A DNA stretch of 64,000 nucleotides. It comes from Nitrospirota bacterium (GTDB lineage Bacteria; Nitrospirota; UBA9217). Positions within the stretch are counted from its first letter, which is position 1, and each line of letters opens with the position of its first letter. The translations under genes and the position numbers were made by a program. Under the pieces are notes generated by a model that was not told where the DNA came from, ran no database searches, and worked only from the letters and a program-made list of their open reading frames with translations. Positions 60,470 to 64,000 of the stretch are shown here, piece by piece. The stretch lies in the NCBI GenBank assembly GCA_963845065.1, contig CAWJQQ010000006.1:192001-256000 (forward strand), in the 5' to 3' direction.

Positions 60470-61693
60470 CTATATATATTCCCCTAGCCATTTCCAGAAC
60501 CGGCTGACCGAACCGACTCTCCTGAAAGAACGCGGTACGCCGTGCTGGTTTTCCGCTCCATAAAGCACCAAACCCACGCCAGTTGCATAGATTGGGCTGT
60601 TGACCACATCCATCAGTCCACCAATGTTTCGCGGCGTGCCTCGCCTTATCGGGAGGCCTAAAAAGCGTTCGGCAGAGTCCTGTACGCCCTCCATGAGCGC
60701 AGTACCTCCGGTCAGAACGACGCCGGACGCGAACATGTCCTCGAAGCCCGTTTTCTTAAGCCTCTGTTGCACCATGCCGAGCAATTCTTCAACGCGTGGT
60801 TCGATAATCTCGCACAGGATCTGGCGCGATAAAAGCCGAGGCGGTCTGCCTCCCACACTCGGCACATCTAGTGTGTCCTCACTTTTTACAAGGGACGAGA
60901 GGGCGCAACCGTATTTGATCTTGATCTTTTCCGCCTCCGACGCAGGTGTACGTAGCCCGATGGCGATATCGTTAGTGAGGTGGTTCCCGCCGATGGGCAG
61001 CACTTCGGTATGCCACAAACTTCCTTCAAGAAAGAATGCGAGATCCGTCGTCCCGCCTCCGATGTCGACAACCACGACACCGAGTTCCTGTTCCTCAGTC
61101 GTGAGCACTGCCCTGCTCGATGCTAGAGGCTGGAGCACCAGGTCGTTCACGTGCAGCCCCGCGCGGGAGCAGCTCTTCACGATGTTTTGGATGGCTGTCA
61201 CCGCGCCGGTAATGATGTGCACCTTGACATCGAGTCGGGTCCCCGACATACCGTGCGGATCCTTGATACCGTCCTGGTCATCGATGATAAATTCCTGAGG
61301 CAGGACGTGCAGAATCTGCTGGTCCATAGGGATGTTCACTGCCCGAGCTCCGTCTATCGCCCGGGCCACATCCGCCGATCCCACCTCACGGTTCTTGATC
61401 GCTGCAACGCCTCGGGAATTGATGCCCTTGATATGACCCCCGGAGATACCGACAAAGACCGAGTTGATCTCGACGCCGGCCATGAGTTCAGCTTCCTGAA
61501 TGGCTTTCTTAATGGACTCCACCGTGCTGTCGATGTTGACTACGACACCTTTTTTCAGCCCATGGGATGGACTGATGCCGATCCCGATGATATCAACCTG
61601 TCCGGCGTCCTTCACCTCTCCGACTATGGCGCACACTTTGGTTGTTCCAAGGTCGAGACCGACGAGCACATTATCCGACTTTTTTTTAGCCAC
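60470..61693 (-). CDS. ftsA: Cell division protein FtsA
   Basis: GLDLGTTKV, DIGGGTTD, AEKIK, VLTGG, C-terminal amphipathic helix FWKWLGEYI; GTG start after AGGAGG. Confidence 0.97.
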   Translation of the reverse strand: MAKKKSDNVLVGLDLGTTKVCAIVGEVKDAGQVDIIGIGISPSHGLKKGVVVNIDSTVESIKKAIQEAELMAGVEINSVFVGISGGHIKGINSRGVAAIKNREVGSADVARAIDGARAVNIPMDQQILHVLPQEFIIDDQDGIKDPHGMSGTRLDVKVHIITGAVTAIQNIVKSCSRAGLHVNDLVLQPLASSRAVLTTEEQELGVVVVDIGGGTTDLAFFLEGSLWHTEVLPIGGNHLTNDIAIGLRTPASEAEKIKIKYGCALSSLVKSEDTLDVPSVGGRPPRLLSRQILCEIIEPRVEELLGMVQQRLKKTGFEDMFASGVVLTGGTALMEGVQDSAERFLGLPIRRGTPRNIGGLMDVVNSPIYATGVGLVLYGAENQHGVPRSFRRVGSVSRFWKWLGEYI

Positions 61694-61728
61694 AAGGCCT
61701 CCTTGAATCAGGATCACGTATTCGTTAA

Positions 61729-62640
61729 TCAGAGAGTAGGAACACCTTTAAATTTTTTTCCGGATCTTGGCTCCATACCCCTGAACCCATCCTTTTTCAC
61801 CATCACTGCGGCCTGGCGTTCTGGACGAACGTCAACGTAGGAGAACTCAATGCCGCGCTGCTTTATGTCAGCCATGACTTCTGCCAGCCTTCGCAACTTT
61901 TCCGCATATCGTCCGCTTCCCATCCGGAATTCATGGTTGGCGTAAACAACTGTAAGTGAATCGGGTGAATTCGCCTTAACGGTCACATTCGCAAGCTGCC
62001 AGCCACCTCGTTCCGCAATTTGATGGAGGAGATGTACGGCCTCGGACAGCCCCCCGGAGGTCACCTGGTCGCCGAGCCTGGCAGGGTAATCTTTGATGGT
62101 CACAACCGGGAGTGGCCATTCTGAAGAATTTTCTTTCCGCAGCCGGTCGAGAATAACTCCTTCGTCATCTATTAGGTATCGTGCAGATCCCGTATCAAGG
62201 AGCATCGTAGGCGTCCGCTCGGAAAACACCATCGTGATGCGGTTAGGCATGCTGCGGTGGATCCTGACCTCTCTAACCCAGGGGTTTGCGCGCGCACGCC
62301 GCGCCGCGGCCTCGAGGTCCACACGAAAAATATTCTGTCCCGTAAATGAAGTGACTATATCTCGTAGGTCCGCCTCAGTCAGATGCTTGATGCCCTTTAC
62401 ATCAACGCCAGAAATCACTAATGCGTCTGCATGCACTATTGCCTGATATACCTGCCAACCTAGGAATCCGATGCCTGCGAGCATGATGATGACCGCCATC
62501 TTGACAAGCACACCGGCACTTCCGGTCGAACGGCTAACGGTTCGCATAACACCGCGTCCCACATCGATCCGCTTCTCGCTCGTCCGGTTCGATTTACCAC
62601 GGTACGATCTAGGTACTTTTACATTCTTATAATCTCTCAT
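61729..62640 (-). CDS. ftsQ: Cell division protein FtsQ/DivIB
   Basis: Single TM, POTRA domain (PWVREVRIHRSMPNRI...ER), YVDVR; located between ddl and ftsA. Confidence 0.9.
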   Translation of the reverse strand: MRDYKNVKVPRSYRGKSNRTSEKRIDVGRGVMRTVSRSTGSAGVLVKMAVIIMLAGIGFLGWQVYQAIVHADALVISGVDVKGIKHLTEADLRDIVTSFTGQNIFRVDLEAAARRARANPWVREVRIHRSMPNRITMVFSERTPTMLLDTGSARYLIDDEGVILDRLRKENSSEWPLPVVTIKDYPARLGDQVTSGGLSEAVHLLHQIAERGGWQLANVTVKANSPDSLTVVYANHEFRMGSGRYAEKLRRLAEVMADIKQRGIEFSYVDVRPERQAAVMVKKDGFRGMEPRSGKKFKGVPTL

Positions 62641-62675
62641 CCACTTTCGCCAAACTTGTCTAACCTGTTTACAGA

Positions 62676-63602
62676 CTACTTTTCCCCAATCGCCAACCTC
62701 AAAATCTCCTCCACTAGGTCGGGAAATGAGATTCCCACTCCCCGGGCAATTTCCGGCAGAAGGCTCGTGGCAGTCATGCCCGGAAGGGTGTTCACTTCAA
62801 GGATATAGGGCGACCCGCTTGCATCGATTATGAAATCGACCCTGCTGTATCCTTTGCAACCCAAAGCGCGGTGGGCGGACAAGCCGGCATCGAGGAGACG
62901 CTCGTATGCAGTATCATTGATCCTGGCCGGGAAGAAGTGTTCGGACATCCCTGCCTTATACTTTGCTTCATAGTCGTAGAATACATTTTTCGGCACGATC
63001 TCGATAGCACCGAGAGCCCTATTGCCCAGGACCCCCACCTGCACCTCTTTGCCGGTAATATATTTTTCAATCAATATCTCACGATCGTATTTAAACGCCA
63101 GTTCGACTGCGGGATCCAGCTCTTCGTTATTGTAAATCAGGCTTACGCCAACACTCGAACCTTCGGAACTCGGTTTCACGACAAGCGGATATGCGATGAT
63201 TGACGTGACCTCATTTACCTGCTCTCGCTTTCTTGCATCAAGGACCATATAAGGGCCTACGAGAAGACCGTGGGCCTTAAACAACAATTTAGAGAGGATC
63301 TTATTCATACCCACAGCGCTCGCGAGAATTCCCGAGCCGGTGTAGGGGATGCCCTCGATTTCTAGCAGCCCCTGGATTGCGCCGTCCTCGCCGAACTTCC
63401 CGTGCAGACCATTAAAAGCAATCTCGATACCTGACGTACGGATTACTTCTGCAATATCTCTGGTCACATCGATGGCAACAGCATTGTATCCTTTTTCCTT
63501 CAACGCCTTCAGTATGGCATTGCCGGTCGAAAGAGAAACCTCTCGTTCGGAAGAAATCCCTCCCATCAATACGCCGATTTTTTTGTTTGTTGCCAATCCC
63601 AT
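62676..63602 (-). CDS. ddl: D-alanine--D-alanine ligase
   Basis: GGISSEREVSL, LHGKFGEDG, EGSSVG, YDYEAKY, EVNTLPG. Confidence 0.97.
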   Translation of the reverse strand: MGLATNKKIGVLMGGISSEREVSLSTGNAILKALKEKGYNAVAIDVTRDIAEVIRTSGIEIAFNGLHGKFGEDGAIQGLLEIEGIPYTGSGILASAVGMNKILSKLLFKAHGLLVGPYMVLDARKREQVNEVTSIIAYPLVVKPSSEGSSVGVSLIYNNEELDPAVELAFKYDREILIEKYITGKEVQVGVLGNRALGAIEIVPKNVFYDYEAKYKAGMSEHFFPARINDTAYERLLDAGLSAHRALGCKGYSRVDFIIDASGSPYILEVNTLPGMTATSLLPEIARGVGISFPDLVEEILRLAIGEK

Positions 63603-63628
63603 CGCACCTGACCCCCTGCCCCCTCTTG

Positions 63629-64000
63629 TTAATCCTCTCCGATAATTTTAATCTCCGGCTCGAGCCGCACGCCGTGGATTTGAAGCACCTTTTGCCTCAT
63701 ACTCTCCATGAGAGTCAGCACTTCTGAGGCTTTAGCATGGCCTTTGTTCACAATAAAATTGGCGTGTTTGTCGGATACCTGAGCCCCGCCCACCGTTTTG
63801 CCTTTGAGCCCCGCTGCTTCTATCAGTTTTCCTGCCGACTCTTCTTGAGGATTCCTGAAGATCGATCCCGCGTTGGGTAACCCTGCTGGCTGCCGCTGTT
63901 TCCTCTTACTGAGAATTTCCTTGACGTGTTCTTGAATCTTATTCCGATCTCCATGGCGCAGAATGATACGGACTTCTAAAATTACGTGCCCTTCCGGAAT
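63629..64000 (-). CDS. murB: UDP-N-acetylenolpyruvoylglucosamine reductase (C-terminal part; truncated by window edge)
   Basis: QP...NAGSIFRNP, AGKLIEAAGLKG, GGAQVSDKHANFIVN, LEPEIKIIG. Confidence 0.95.
   Translation of the reverse strand: MPEGHVILEVRIILRHGDRNKIQEHVKEILSKRKQRQPAGLPNAGSIFRNPQEESAGKLIEAAGLKGKTVGGAQVSDKHANFIVNKGHAKASEVLTLMESMRQKVLQIHGVRLEPEIKIIGED

Noticed and set aside
150..63645. Numerous antisense or overlapping ORFs in the supplied track (e.g. 31565-32311, 45085-45786, 54507-55571, 59450-60154, 60600-61298)
   Set aside because: They shadow well-supported genes on the opposite strand or another frame and show no recognisable motifs.

Overview
64 kb of bacterial chromosome, most plausibly from an anaerobic Nitrospirota or Desulfobacterota-like organism (inferred from gene content: AcsE/AcsV-like corrinoid proteins, a selenoprotein, two-CW proteins, a GEMM-I riboswitch). 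It runs from hisH-hisA-hisF to the dcw genes murB-ddl-ftsQ-ftsA-ftsZ. The most notable element is a ~12 kb, nine-gene minus-strand cluster: small lipoprotein, large PEGA/CsgG-like/FlgT-like/TPR lipoprotein, TolB-like propeller, TPR protein and a complete Opp/Dpp-type ABC importer. It lies downstream of a sigma70 promoter and a GEMM-I riboswitch with A at position 20 (the 3',3'-cGAMP-selective signature). The aptamer overlaps an intrinsic terminator, predicting an ON switch. Other highlights: an unannotated UGA-recoded GrdB/PrdB-like selenoprotein with a SECIS hairpin; a tnpB-only IS200/IS605 element whose ends can be read exactly; a Crp/Fnr-type class II promoter before a DUF438 hemerythrin/PAS gene; a structured leader before speD-speE-decarboxylase; two SD-equipped in-frame starts for ftsZ; and about ten decayed genes in intergenic space, including two dead paralogs of an intact two-CW protein. 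No rRNA, tRNA or CRISPR array was seen. All family calls come from motif recognition by eye; no searches were run.
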